IMG/VR virus record: IMGVR_UViG_3300037587_000923
Span: 18,046 to 82,045 of that record
Length of the DNA: 64,000 bases
Strand: one strand, 5' to 3'
DNA from: a virus
The notes below the pieces were generated by a model. The model saw nothing but the letters and a program-made list of their open reading frames with translations, did no database searches and was not told the origin of the DNA. How positions within the stretch are numbered: the first letter of the stretch is position 1; every line of letters starts with the position of its first letter. Shown here one piece after another: positions 1-9,645 of this stretch. A program made the position numbers and the translations under genes.

Positions 1-1
1 A

Positions 2-226
2 ATAACAAACAGGGCTCCGGAAAAGGAAGTTGTTAAGATAGGCTGCGGCACCAGATATGGCCCGTGTGTGACAATCAAACGAAGTGGCGTCGAGTGGACG
101 GAACACAAGAGTATAAATATTAGAAAGGGCATTAAATCAGCTAATATAGCTATAAGAATGCAGGCTAGGCTTGACGCTTATCTTCTTGCCGAAGCTATGA
201 AGAAGGCAGATGGGGCTGGGCTATGA
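2..226 (+). CDS. Partial ORF of the left-end paralog family (C-terminal AYLLAEAM motif)
   Basis: Open frame from the window edge ending ...RLDAYLLAEAMKKADGAGL*; same C-terminal motif as the next three ORFs. Confidence 0.6.
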   Translation: MTNRAPEKEVVKIGCGTRYGPCVTIKRSGVEWTEHKSINIRKGIKSANIAIRMQARLDAYLLAEAMKKADGAGL

Positions 227-561
227 TGTCCGCCAAAGAAATATTCTCAACCTTATTGATTTGTCCTGCTTGTGGATCTGGTAAGTTTGGTGAACTAAAA
301 ATTGGCCGTGACGAATGCTATGCATGTGACCGGTGCAAGAATACATTCAGTTATGATTACTTAACGAGGGCCGTCATGATAAGAACGGGCAGAGAAGAAC
401 GGTTGATGATAATGATAACAAAGGGATTAGGACCACTAGGCTGGTCAAGGCTTGGTGGTTCAGCCATTATTCGTGGTGGTGATCTTAGAGATATCAATGA
501 TCGAATAAACATTAGGTGGGGTGCGTATCTGGTAACCGAAGCTATGAAGAAGGCGGGGTAA
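223..561 (+). CDS. Zn-ribbon protein, left-end paralog family
   Basis: LICPACG...CDRC; C-terminal INIRWGAYLVTEAMKKA. Confidence 0.7.
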   Translation: MMSAKEIFSTLLICPACGSGKFGELKIGRDECYACDRCKNTFSYDYLTRAVMIRTGREERLMIMITKGLGPLGWSRLGGSAIIRGGDLRDINDRINIRWGAYLVTEAMKKAG

Positions 562-565
562 CATT

Positions 566-940
566 ATGAATAATCCAGCTCTAAAACCCAAAGCTGTGCC
601 AGCTTTTCATGGTGCCCTTCTATGTCCTGAGTGTGGGAATGATGCTTACTTTAGCGAGAAGTTTGCCGCCAATGCATTCAATCTCATATGCTCTCAATGT
701 TCGCTTAACATGCAGTTGATGTGCTATGAAAATATAACGAGAGCATCTGTAGTTGCTAAGGGGATTATGAAGTGGTCTATAGCTTTTCATGATAAACAAA
801 GATATCCTCGGTGGATTTTTAGAGGCAGTCCCAAGACTTATCAATACGATAAGGACTTGTTGCGTGAAGTCAATAATAGGATTACTGCTGAGCTATGGCC
901 AGCCTATTTAGTATCTAAGGCTATGGAGGATGCATCATGA
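566..940 (+). CDS. Zn-ribbon protein, left-end paralog family
   Basis: LLCPECG...CSQC; C-terminal WPAYLVSKAM. Confidence 0.7.
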   Translation: MNNPALKPKAVPAFHGALLCPECGNDAYFSEKFAANAFNLICSQCSLNMQLMCYENITRASVVAKGIMKWSIAFHDKQRYPRWIFRGSPKTYQYDKDLLREVNNRITAELWPAYLVSKAMEDAS

Positions 941-1326
941 ACATAAAAGAATTCAATCCATTCGAAGATGTGCTGGTCTGTCCTGAGTGTGGAAAGGACG
1001 ACTTCTCAGTTCTTAATGTTTCAAGAACTGAGAAGTCTATATATACAGCGGCATGTGCTCATTGTAAGATGCGGTTCCTGGCAGAAAGCTATACCGAATG
1101 GCCCAACGATTTTGAGGTCTCTCGTAGGGTAAGGGCGAGAGGGGTCAAAGTAAATTCAAATGACGATAGTTGGGGCATACTATTCTGTGAAGGCAAGGAG
1201 CCTGAGTGGAGATGGATGAGAGGAGGACAGCCCCCTAAAACCAGAAAGGCGTCGATGGCAAACAAAGAGATTCAAGAGCGATGGATTGCTCATTTAGTAG
1301 CAGAAAAAATGATGGAGAGCCAATAG
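937..1326 (+). CDS. Zn-ribbon protein, left-end paralog family
   Basis: LVCPECG...CAHC; C-terminal RWIAHLVAEKM; ATGA overlap with the previous gene. Confidence 0.7.
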   Translation: MNIKEFNPFEDVLVCPECGKDDFSVLNVSRTEKSIYTAACAHCKMRFLAESYTEWPNDFEVSRRVRARGVKVNSNDDSWGILFCEGKEPEWRWMRGGQPPKTRKASMANKEIQERWIAHLVAEKMMESQ

Positions 1327-1333
1327 AGAGGAG

Positions 1334-1531
1334 GTGAATATAGAAATGGCAGAGCATGAATATATAGAGAAGGTTGAGACAGAGCACACAGGCGGCGGAG
1401 TTATGGTCGACTATGTGCACCTGAAGTCTGGTCAGGTACTTGGAGTATCAGACGAGTGTGTGGTGTTATATGAAGATGAAGACGCCGTGCATGAAGGAGA
1501 GCGTAGCGGACAAAAGATCGAGTTGGAGTGA
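1334..1531 (+). CDS. Hypothetical phage protein
   Basis: ORF with GGAGG nearby, coupled to the next gene. Confidence 0.55.
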   Translation: MNIEMAEHEYIEKVETEHTGGGVMVDYVHLKSGQVLGVSDECVVLYEDEDAVHEGERSGQKIELE

Positions 1532-1860
1532 CTATGACAGAGATCTCTCGCCAGAGGAAGTGGCAACTTAAAAAACTACAAGAAGATAATTGTGTAAGTT
1601 GCGGGCATCCTCTAAATAAATACAAGCAGTTTTGCGATGATTGTAGCGCGAAGAAGAGGCGCTATTACTGGAAGAACAAGAAGAGGCTAGAAGATCTTGT
1701 CCTGAGGCATGGAGAGCAGAATCGCAAATGGATAGTAGATGCTTTAGCCTGGGCGAGGATAGAAGTCAAAGAAGGCAGGCTCAAGAGAGGCTTCGATAAG
1801 GAGTTATTTGTTGAAGAGACACTAGGTAGAGGAAGGAGGCCATATGAACGATCTTATTAG
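1528..1860 (+). CDS. Hypothetical Zn-finger protein
   Basis: CVSCG...FCDDC motifs. Confidence 0.55.
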   Translation: MTMTEISRQRKWQLKKLQEDNCVSCGHPLNKYKQFCDDCSAKKRRYYWKNKKRLEDLVLRHGEQNRKWIVDALAWARIEVKEGRLKRGFDKELFVEETLGRGRRPYERSY

Positions 1861-1964
1861 GGATGTAGGCTCGTGGATATTTATAGCTGTCAACTTGACC
1901 ATAGCCGTAATATGTGCCAGGTTTGCGATCGGAAATCATTTAAAAAAGAAAGCGAGGAAAAATC

Positions 1965-2828
1965 ATGGAGAACAATAAAGTTGGTAATGTATTTGAAAAG
2001 GGTGTGCTTGTGAACTTAACATCGAGTGTGTGGGGTGGTAAGAGAAAGATACCATCCTCTTACTTAAATAGGCAGGACGCTGATCCTGACTTCATCACGG
2101 CGCATAAGCTTCTTGTAGACAAGGAGAGCATCGAACCTATAGAGAAGGCCAGAGGTGCGGCAAGGAGTTGGCTTCAGAACAGGAGCCTTCCCTTCCCTAT
2201 CAAAGGAGTACTGTTCGTGCCGAAGGATATCATCGATCGCGTTGATGAAAAACTTCAGGGTTTTCAGGACGACTTCTATGAGAAGGTGAATGAATTCCTG
2301 GAGAAGTACGATGCTATAAAAATACAGTCCAAGGAAAAGCTGGGAGAGCTCTACAATCCTTCTGACTATCCAGACGACGTGAACTCGAGATTTAATTTCT
2401 CGTGGAACTTCTTCATCATGGATTCTCCGGACAACTTAAGCGCTATCTCGCCGGCATTGTATGCCAGAGAGAATCATAAGTTCCAGGTTGCCATGAAAAG
2501 CTTTGAGGAGACAGCCATGGCCACGCTGAGGGATAACTTCGGTAAGATGATAGGTAACATGGCAGAGAAGATGACTGGGACCGGCAAGAACGGCAAGTGT
2601 AAAGTCTTCCGTGATTCCCTTATAGGTAATATCAGGGAATTCATCGATGAATTCGGGTACCTCAATGTGGTGGCTGAGGACACAAAGCTCGAGAGGCTCG
2701 TCGGTATAGCCAAGGCAGCTATAGAGGGCGTCTCTGCCCAGGACTTAAGGGACAACAAGATACTAAGAGATGGCCTCTCTGTCAGCATGGGAGAGATACT
2801 CGAGGAGCTGGAGAAGGAGGACTCGTGA
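1965..2828 (+). CDS. DUF3150-like phage protein
   Basis: RSLPFPIKGVLFVP...FLEKY...LYNPSDYP...F motif pattern resembling DUF3150 proteins. Confidence 0.6.
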   Translation: MENNKVGNVFEKGVLVNLTSSVWGGKRKIPSSYLNRQDADPDFITAHKLLVDKESIEPIEKARGAARSWLQNRSLPFPIKGVLFVPKDIIDRVDEKLQGFQDDFYEKVNEFLEKYDAIKIQSKEKLGELYNPSDYPDDVNSRFNFSWNFFIMDSPDNLSAISPALYARENHKFQVAMKSFEETAMATLRDNFGKMIGNMAEKMTGTGKNGKCKVFRDSLIGNIREFIDEFGYLNVVAEDTKLERLVGIAKAAIEGVSAQDLRDNKILRDGLSVSMGEILEELEKEDS

Positions 2829-3175
2829 ACTGGACAGGCGTGTTAATAGTATGGGGGTTGGTGGGCATCATACTAACTCCCATGCTGCCCAGGCCAGGCA
2901 CTCGACTGCAGGCCACTCTTCTGCTTATCATTAGCGGGCCGGCAGGCTGGTATTTCTTTATCAAGATGACCATACAGCTGTACCTATATGACAGAACTTA
3001 CTGAGGATTCAGCATGCAGAAAAAGGAGGAGGATTAAGATGCTATATTTTATTGCGGTATGCTCTCTTGTTGGAGCAAATGTCTGGTACTATCTTGGCGA
3101 CACTGTTAGCGGTTCTATTTTTGTAGCAACCACCTTTATAGTGATGGCCATAAAAAACATACCACGTTAATTGTC

Positions 3176-3586
3176 ATGCAGAAAAAGAAGAGAACGGTAA
3201 TCTGTGACTACTGTAAAGAGAAGACTATCCTAGTGCCTGACACTAAGGTATACGGAAGGTCTTATGGAGGCAAGCTATGGATATGCGTTCCTTGTGATGC
3301 CTGGGTGGGGTGTCACAAGGGCAGTAAGGACCATGCTCCGCTTGGAAGGCTGGCCAATGATGAGCTGAGAAGGTGGAAAATAAGGGCTCACGCTGCATTC
3401 GACCCTTTATGGAAGGCCAAAATAAGGATAGATAAGTGTTCGCAGTCTGAGGCAAGGAAGGCCGGCTATGTGTGGCTGGCTAATGAATTGGGTATAGAGC
3501 TCAAGAAGTGTCACATAGGATATATGGACGTAGCTATGTGCGAGAAGGTGGTTAAGCTGTGTAAGTCGATCGGAAAGGAACAATAA
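3176..3586 (+). CDS. DUF3268-like zinc-finger phage protein
   Basis: CDYC...CDAWVGCH...PLGRLA...AHAAFDPLW...CHIG. Confidence 0.75.
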   Translation: MQKKKRTVICDYCKEKTILVPDTKVYGRSYGGKLWICVPCDAWVGCHKGSKDHAPLGRLANDELRRWKIRAHAAFDPLWKAKIRIDKCSQSEARKAGYVWLANELGIELKKCHIGYMDVAMCEKVVKLCKSIGKEQ

Positions 3587-3608
3587 AAATTTAGGAAAGG
3601 AGGAGATT

Positions 3609-3926
3609 ATGTCAAGCACATTTAAGCCGGAAGGCGAGTTCGGGTATTCTACAAGATGGTTGTTCTTCATAGTATTTTGCATCATAGTGCTATCTATCGT
3701 TGGGTACTTAGGTATGTATACCAACGTATTTGTAGAGAGAAAAGTCTTTGAGCAGAGCTACCAATATAAGGCTGGCATGGAGCAGCAGTCGGCAGTGTGG
3801 CAGGCGTCTATTGCTGAGATAGATCGGAAGATCACGGATCCTAATCTGACAGCTACCGAGAGAAACAATCTCGAAGCTCAGAGGTCGGCACTTAACATTC
3901 AACTTAACGCAATAATAAGGAGGTAG
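3609..3926 (+). CDS. Membrane-anchored coiled-coil protein
   Basis: N-terminal hydrophobic helix, RBS AGGAGG. Confidence 0.6.
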   Translation: MSSTFKPEGEFGYSTRWLFFIVFCIIVLSIVGYLGMYTNVFVERKVFEQSYQYKAGMEQQSAVWQASIAEIDRKITDPNLTATERNNLEAQRSALNIQLNAIIRR

Positions 3927-3930
3927 GATT

Positions 3931-4488
3931 TTGAAAAGATTTATGATGGTAGTATTGCTACTGGTATCCGCAGTTTTCATGATGGGTATATCTTCTTGCG
4001 ATACTCAGGAGGATAAGGACAATAAGGCAGTGTCAATGCAGCAATCTCAGTATGCCAAAGCCCAACCTGTACCTGTATTCAACTGGTCTCTTGAGCGTCA
4101 CCTGATAGCCCAGCTCTACCAGATCAGGAATATGAAAGCAGCAACTCATTCGGTATGGCGGTCTGACAGGGGTATGATTGAAGGGGATTGTCCGAGTATA
4201 GGCTTTGGGCTTCCCTATGACACCAGCCTGACAAATCCACTTCAAGGAGTGCATGTATCCGGCCAAGGCGGAGTTGCCGCTATAGAACAGGCTGAACCGA
4301 ATGGTATATTCGCCAGCAAGAATACTGCTGCTACGTGGGTGATGTGTACAGGGGCTGCGGGGATAATTGAACCTGTATATGTAGAGGCAAGGGTTACCGC
4401 CTATCCGTATCCGGTAAAGGTCAGCTACGGGACGAATCGGGTGACCAAGGCCGGTAAAAGTACTGTTAAATTAAGAACCTCAAAATAA
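3931..4488 (+). CDS. Putative lipoprotein
   Basis: Signal peptide ending in a lipobox-like ISSC. Confidence 0.6.
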   Translation: MKRFMMVVLLLVSAVFMMGISSCDTQEDKDNKAVSMQQSQYAKAQPVPVFNWSLERHLIAQLYQIRNMKAATHSVWRSDRGMIEGDCPSIGFGLPYDTSLTNPLQGVHVSGQGGVAAIEQAEPNGIFASKNTAATWVMCTGAAGIIEPVYVEARVTAYPYPVKVSYGTNRVTKAGKSTVKLRTSK

Positions 4489-4536
4489 ATCTTTAGCCTG
4501 CCCTTGAATTATCGAGGGCAGCACTAAGGATTTATT
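4484..4536. other. Long intergenic hairpin
   Basis: AATAAATCTTTAG-CCTGCCCTTGA / TCGAGGGCAGCA-CTAAGGATTTATT imperfect inverted repeat. Confidence 0.6.
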
Positions 4537-4553
4537 AAAGAAAGGAGGTTGCT

Positions 4554-4877
4554 ATGAAGCAGCAGATAATTTGCCCTGAATGCAAGGATAAAAACCGGAA
4601 AATGTTCAAGACAGATACTCCATACCATGGCGAGTATGTGAAGTTTATCTCGGGACATGCATTAAGAGACTTTGTGTGTGATCACTGTGCGACAGAAATA
4701 GAGGCAGGCACTGAATGCTGCGCTTTCTCGATATGGGCTGATCACGGCAGACATCCTTACTATCCTTGGGAGCATGAATTTATAGAGTTTATAGACGAGG
4801 AGAGTCTTAAGGTAGCAAATGAAGTCAATGATGTTATGGCAAAGTTAGATAATAAAAAGGAGTATACCGATGGATAG
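4554..4877 (+). CDS. Zn-finger hypothetical protein
   Basis: CPEC...CDHC; strong RBS. Confidence 0.6.
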   Translation: MKQQIICPECKDKNRKMFKTDTPYHGEYVKFISGHALRDFVCDHCATEIEAGTECCAFSIWADHGRHPYYPWEHEFIEFIDEESLKVANEVNDVMAKLDNKKEYTDG

Positions 4878-5472
4878 AGATTATTACAAGATACTTGGGA
4901 TAAAGAAGGGTGCCACGCGAGATCAGGTCAGGAGAGCTTATAGAGTCCTCTCTAAGAACCATCACCCTGACGTCAATGGTGGCGACAGTGATGAGTTCCT
5001 TAAGATAAAGAAGGCTCACGACGTACTGCTTGATCAAAAGGGCCGTAAGTTTTACGATACTTATGGATGTGAGGAGGGAGGCGAGAAGTTCAAGAATGTA
5101 GTAGCGACATTCAGAAATATCATTAAGTCTCTTATGAAAAAATACAGACCGGAAGAGCTCCCTTATCAGATCGAAAAAACAATAGTGTCGACCATAAGCA
5201 AGTATGAGAGTGATATCAGGAGAGCAGAGGAGGGCATCGCGGGACTGGAGATGACATTAACCAAACTAAGAAAGGGCAGTGCCAACAAGGACCTTCTTAA
5301 GTTGGCCACTGAGACACTCATCGATGATAACAAGGCGGCTATAGCGGCAAGCAACAATCACCTCGATATCCTTAATACCATGAAGAAGATAGTCGAGGGG
5401 TATGACATCCAATATCCGGAAGCTTCTCGGCATAATACTTGGAACCTGTCGTCAACGACTGGGACAATGTAG
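4870..5472 (+). CDS. J-domain (DnaJ N-terminal) protein
   Basis: DYYKILG...AYR.LSK.HHPDVNGG...F..IKKA..VL, intact HPD. Confidence 0.9.
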   Translation: MDRDYYKILGIKKGATRDQVRRAYRVLSKNHHPDVNGGDSDEFLKIKKAHDVLLDQKGRKFYDTYGCEEGGEKFKNVVATFRNIIKSLMKKYRPEELPYQIEKTIVSTISKYESDIRRAEEGIAGLEMTLTKLRKGSANKDLLKLATETLIDDNKAAIAASNNHLDILNTMKKIVEGYDIQYPEASRHNTWNLSSTTGTM

Positions 5473-5483
5473 TAGGAGTTGGC

Positions 5484-5771
5484 ATGGCTAACTACTGGGA
5501 AGATATAGAGCACTCATTCAAGGCCCAGATATGTGAAGACGATGAGTTTGCCAAGAAGATTTATGCTGCATGCACCAATATAGAATGGAAACACAACGAT
5601 GGGTCAGTGGGAGGAGAGTCTTTCAGGGCGGCCGCAGCTATCATTGCTATGATTAGAGAGAAGGGGGAAAACTACATGGATTGGTACTGTTGTAGCCCTG
5701 AAGGAGTTGTAGATTGGGAAATAGAGGTAATCATGGCGATGATGGGGTGGACTTTCGACAAGATGAAGTGA
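5484..5771 (+). CDS. Hypothetical phage protein
   Basis: RBS AGGAG before MANYWED; SFRAAA..IA...YMDWYC motif. Confidence 0.6.
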   Translation: MANYWEDIEHSFKAQICEDDEFAKKIYAACTNIEWKHNDGSVGGESFRAAAAIIAMIREKGENYMDWYCCSPEGVVDWEIEVIMAMMGWTFDKMK

Positions 5772-5920
5772 AGGGTAACAAGGAAGAGTGAAGGGGGCTG
5801 ATGGATACCATAATGTTCTGGCTCCATGCAGCCCCTTCTATTGTTTTGTTTTTCTGCTTGCTGAAATTACTGAGGAAGGACAAAAAACCGTGAGCGCCTT
5901 GCCCGGGTAAGGAATAAACT

Positions 5921-6217
5921 TCACTTCTCCTCGAGGCAAGTCTCAGCCTTCTCCATGATATAATCAATATAGTTTTTATCGTAGCAAGCGAGGTCACCAT
6001 CGTAAGGGTGAGGCTTAGGCTCACTGTTGTCAAGTTGAACAACGTCATCAAAGAAACAGTTATCGGCCTCTTCGATAATGAAGCCGATATATTCCTTGTC
6101 ATAACACACCACGTTACTGTTGGCGGGAAATAGAGCAGACTTCCTACTTTCTGGAACTACGCCTTTTCCTCCGAAGCAACCTATCATAGATACTAGACAC
6201 ACGCACATCAACATCAT
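5921..6217 (-). CDS. Putative o-spanin lipoprotein (Rz1-like)
   Basis: Lipobox MIGC, overlaps the putative i-spanin, downstream of holin and amidase. Confidence 0.55.
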   Translation of the reverse strand: MMLMCVCLVSMIGCFGGKGVVPESRKSALFPANSNVVCYDKEYIGFIIEEADNCFFDDVVQLDNSEPKPHPYDGDLACYDKNYIDYIMEKAETCLEEK

Positions 6218-6368
6218 CCTGATTATCTTCAATATCTGCAAGCTCCTCTCTTCTCTTTTCTCGATCCTTAACCCTGGCCCTCTGCCTACCCTCGGGTGTA
6301 TCCTTTGATTTAATAAGATAAGTGACAAGCCCCAGGATACTCGCGATGATAGTAAATATGCTACCCAT
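6144..6368 (-). CDS. Putative i-spanin (Rz-like)
   Basis: N-terminal TM plus charged coiled coil, in the lysis cassette. Confidence 0.5.
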   Translation of the reverse strand: MGSIFTIIASILGLVTYLIKSKDTPEGRQRARVKDREKRREELADIEDNQDDVDVRVSSIYDRLLRRKRRSSRK

Positions 6369-6660
6369 TGCGGCTTAACCACCAATTACGAGCGAGGGAT
6401 AATCCTTTGTCGGCCACATGGACTACGCCTGCATTAGCCGCGACATAGGCCTGCCAATTCTCGGCTGTTATTTTTACTTCCTGAAAGTAGGCCAGTAGAC
6501 CCAAGACAGCGCTTACAGCCACAGTCTCTCCCATGCATTTTATATCAAATGTCTCACCTTTCTTCTGCTTGGACAGGAAGGACCATAACCCTATGCTTAT
6601 GCCGGTTGTAACAGAAAGTGCTACCGCCTTTACCAATACCATCAATACTTCCATTTCCAT
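6361..6660 (-). CDS. Putative holin
   Basis: 99 aa with 2-3 hydrophobic segments, adjacent to the endolysin. Confidence 0.6.
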   Translation of the reverse strand: MEMEVLMVLVKAVALSVTTGISIGLWSFLSKQKKGETFDIKCMGETVAVSAVLGLLAYFQEVKITAENWQAYVAANAGVVHVADKGLSLARNWWLSRNG

Positions 6661-6699
6661 CTTATTCCTCCTTTAGTTTATTGTTTATTTTTTTAAATT

Positions 6700-7296
6700 T
6701 TAATCTAAAGCTCCTTCTTCCTCGTTGCGATAATCAACCATGCCTTTAGTTAACAGCCTGGCTATGAGAAAGGGTGCTGCCGGAGAACTCAAGACCCCTA
6801 TCTCTTTAGTGTTGTCCAGGAAGCCCATCTCTATGAGGGCACATGGCATTTGATATTTTAACTGCCTTAGAACAAAAAAGTTATCCGTTCTCTTTACCCC
6901 TCTGTGTTTATGGTTAGGGATGATGGCGTCTATGCAGGGGACGAGAACATTGGCCAGCTTATCAGAACCTATACTGTACTCAGGCACCCATATCTCCTCA
7001 CCCTTAGCTTCCGGGTCCCCATCATTATCTTCGTCTGGGTCGGCATTGGTATGTAGAGAGAGGAAGGCATCGCCTTTGTTTTCCATAGCGATGTCAGCTC
7101 TACTACTGAGGCTGACGTAGTAATCAAAATCTCTGGTCAGCACAACATCAAAGTTATTAGACTCGAGGAGGGCCTTTGTGGCGTAGGCCACCAACATCGT
7201 GATGTCCTTCTCTCTTATGCCTTTGAATTTTGCCCCAAAAGCTTTCCCTCCGTGCCCGGGGTCAAGTATTATTTTTATCTTCTCACCAGTCAACAT
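6700..7296 (-). CDS. Endolysin, N-acetylmuramoyl-L-alanine amidase (Amidase_3)
   Basis: ILDPGHGG, E.D, VVLTR, FLSLHTNA, P.ALIEMGF motifs. Confidence 0.92.
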   Translation of the reverse strand: MLTGEKIKIILDPGHGGKAFGAKFKGIREKDITMLVAYATKALLESNNFDVVLTRDFDYYVSLSSRADIAMENKGDAFLSLHTNADPDEDNDGDPEAKGEEIWVPEYSIGSDKLANVLVPCIDAIIPNHKHRGVKRTDNFFVLRQLKYQMPCALIEMGFLDNTKEIGVLSSPAAPFLIARLLTKGMVDYRNEEEGALD

Positions 7297-7912
7297 ATAA
7301 TTCTACACCTCCTTCAAGTTCTCTATCGTAACCATACCTCTTGCTCCTGGAATGGTACAACCTAACACCTTTCCACGGCACAATCACCTTAAATTCGTTC
7401 CTGTAATCCCCGGACTCTTTAGGTATAATGTTGTGCTGGTAAGTATATTTTAAACTGTACTCGCCATGGACAGCCTTGACTCTATATGATCCTAAGCCTA
7501 CGCTTTCTGTGCCTACCTTAGCATTGTGTACAAGGTAAGTGCTGAGGGTCCATATGCTCGTCAATTTATAGGACGGGCCTACACCCAGCTCATTCTCCTT
7601 TATGTCCCTGATATTATCAAAGGACGCCTTGTCGTAAAAGCCCATAGACAACTTCTCGTTTATCTCATGAGAAGACTTTATGAGGAGGCTACCTTTGTCG
7701 CCGCACACAACACCCATAGATCTACAGAAAGAGTACTCTGCCAAAAAGCTCAGGTGTTCTACTTTGTCCTTGGCCTTGATCTTAATGGCATTAGCGGCTG
7801 TGCTGCCATTGAGTATGGAGGATAGATCGACGGAAAGCTCTCCGGAAAAGGATGTGGCGGGTAGTATTAGTGCGATGAATATAGCGAGGCATCTAATCAT
7901 CTCAAAGCCCAC
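7283..7912 (-). CDS. Signal-peptide protein, possible outer-membrane beta-barrel
   Basis: Signal peptide, alternating aromatic beta-strands, C-terminal aromatic residue (YVDW). Confidence 0.45.
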   Translation of the reverse strand: MGFEMIRCLAIFIALILPATSFSGELSVDLSSILNGSTAANAIKIKAKDKVEHLSFLAEYSFCRSMGVVCGDKGSLLIKSSHEINEKLSMGFYDKASFDNIRDIKENELGVGPSYKLTSIWTLSTYLVHNAKVGTESVGLGSYRVKAVHGEYSLKYTYQHNIIPKESGDYRNEFKVIVPWKGVRLYHSRSKRYGYDRELEGGVELYVDW

Positions 7913-8280
7913 ACAATAGATGACAACCCAGCGCCTAAGACACCCGAGAATATAACCATCAGTACTGCAAACATTTTGCTTATACCCTCATTTTTTAAGC
8001 TATCAAACTTATCAGTTACCTCTTTGGTGTGGTCCCGCATCATGCCGTAAAGAACGTCAATGTCTTTCCTATTGGTTCCTTCCTTCTCTTTTATGTGAGC
8101 TATGTCTTTTGCTATACCCTTCTGGTCGCCATACATTTCATAAAACTTTACCTGAGCCTCCTCAAGTTTAGTAACGTTGCCCTGTAAAACTTCTGTTGAG
8201 GAGGTAAGTTTTATGATGGCCTCATTCATGGGTTTTACCTCATCACTGATGATACCCTTTATTTTCTCATAGTCACACAT
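7897..8280 (-). CDS. Coiled-coil protein with C-terminal TM (lysis-associated)
   Basis: Heptad region followed by a hydrophobic C-terminus. Confidence 0.55.
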   Translation of the reverse strand: MCDYEKIKGIISDEVKPMNEAIIKLTSSTEVLQGNVTKLEEAQVKFYEMYGDQKGIAKDIAHIKEKEGTNRKDIDVLYGMMRDHTKEVTDKFDSLKNEGISKMFAVLMVIFSGVLGAGLSSIVWALR

Positions 8281-8385
8281 AGTATAAGATTGCTCCTGTT
8301 TTATTTTTGTTTTATTAAAACAACTCTCTCCACGTCATCTGAGCAGCAATAGAATTCGCGCTGTTAGCACTGCTTCCCGCTATTG

Positions 8386-9633
8386 TCAGAATTTCTCACT
8401 CCATATAAGGCTAACTGAAGCATCTGTAGTGGAAGAACTAGCCTCTGCGCTGACAGTTAATGTTTCCCCTGGCTCTAAAACTATATTATAAGAAGATAAA
8501 TCTAGCGTATCGCCATCACTTTTATTTGTAGCGATACTTAAAATAATTTCTCCACCACTTAAAGTTGTTCCCGCAACGTCATAACTTACTACACTTGTAT
8601 TTGCATCAATATCGTTATAGCTTGGACTTCCCCCAAGTGTAGTATTTTTAACTAGCCGGACAATAGCCGGTTTTGTACCATCTACACCATAACTTATAGC
8701 TTTCAAAACAATTTCTACTCTATTGGTCTTAGTGACAAATAAAGATTTGTTTTGAATAGTTATTATATTCGTTTCGGTTGTCGTAACACTTGCCTTGCTA
8801 TTTGAAATAGATTCAATGTTTCCAAGATCCACTTCCTTACCCTCAATACCTCCCATCATTGATGATGTTTGAAGCATTATATTGGTGTCGTTGGTAGTGT
8901 TTACTACTTCTGCATGAAGGGGGAGTGAGGGATTGAAAATAGAAGGATCAGTAAAAGCATTTGCATATTCGATAGTATGGACTTTAATAAACCTACCTGT
9001 AGAGGGCTGCTCTATCCAAAAAGTAATCGCACCAAAACCTAACCACTGATATCTTATCTGATATACATTCCCCTTAGTTATATCAATGAATGGTAGAGTC
9101 TCCGCCCCTACAGCTTTATCAGCACTCCACGATGTTTGAGCCGTCCAATTATCAACGTTATTTTGCCGTCTTAGAACTCCAAATGTATCTCCATTGCAGC
9201 CAAAGAAAAACCCATCGACAGCGTCCCCCACACCTATAATTTGATGCGAGCCATCAATACACGCAGTATATATAGTAGTATCCCTCACAACCGAACCTTG
9301 TCCTTGTCTGTATGTCAAAACACGCCTAGACCAAAGATATGCCTCAGAGGATGATGCCGCCATTGTCTGTAATACAGCTTTAGAATTTGATTGCGTTACG
9401 GTTCCGGAACCTACCGTAGAGGTGTTTACAAATGCGGTATTTATATTATAGGGAAAACCTATTTGCACCTTTGGGGTTATTTCACCTACCAGCAGCTCAC
9501 CAAAAGCTGTTTTAGAAGGCACTATTTGATTTAAGGTATCTTCCGTCGCATAGTCAGTTGGTATAATATTACCGGCATAAGCGTTTATGTTTAAAATTAG
9601 AGAAAATATTATTATAGATAATGTTGCTTTCAT
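8386..9633 (-). CDS. Beta-rich lectin-like or tail-associated protein with signal peptide
   Basis: MKATLSIIIFSLILNINAYA signal; YQWLGFG motif; Thr/Ser-rich. Confidence 0.55.
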   Translation of the reverse strand: MKATLSIIIFSLILNINAYAGNIIPTDYATEDTLNQIVPSKTAFGELLVGEITPKVQIGFPYNINTAFVNTSTVGSGTVTQSNSKAVLQTMAASSSEAYLWSRRVLTYRQGQGSVVRDTTIYTACIDGSHQIIGVGDAVDGFFFGCNGDTFGVLRRQNNVDNWTAQTSWSADKAVGAETLPFIDITKGNVYQIRYQWLGFGAITFWIEQPSTGRFIKVHTIEYANAFTDPSIFNPSLPLHAEVVNTTNDTNIMLQTSSMMGGIEGKEVDLGNIESISNSKASVTTTETNIITIQNKSLFVTKTNRVEIVLKAISYGVDGTKPAIVRLVKNTTLGGSPSYNDIDANTSVVSYDVAGTTLSGGEIILSIATNKSDGDTLDLSSYNIVLEPGETLTVSAEASSSTTDASVSLIWSEKF

Positions 9634-9645
9634 GTCATTGTCTCC

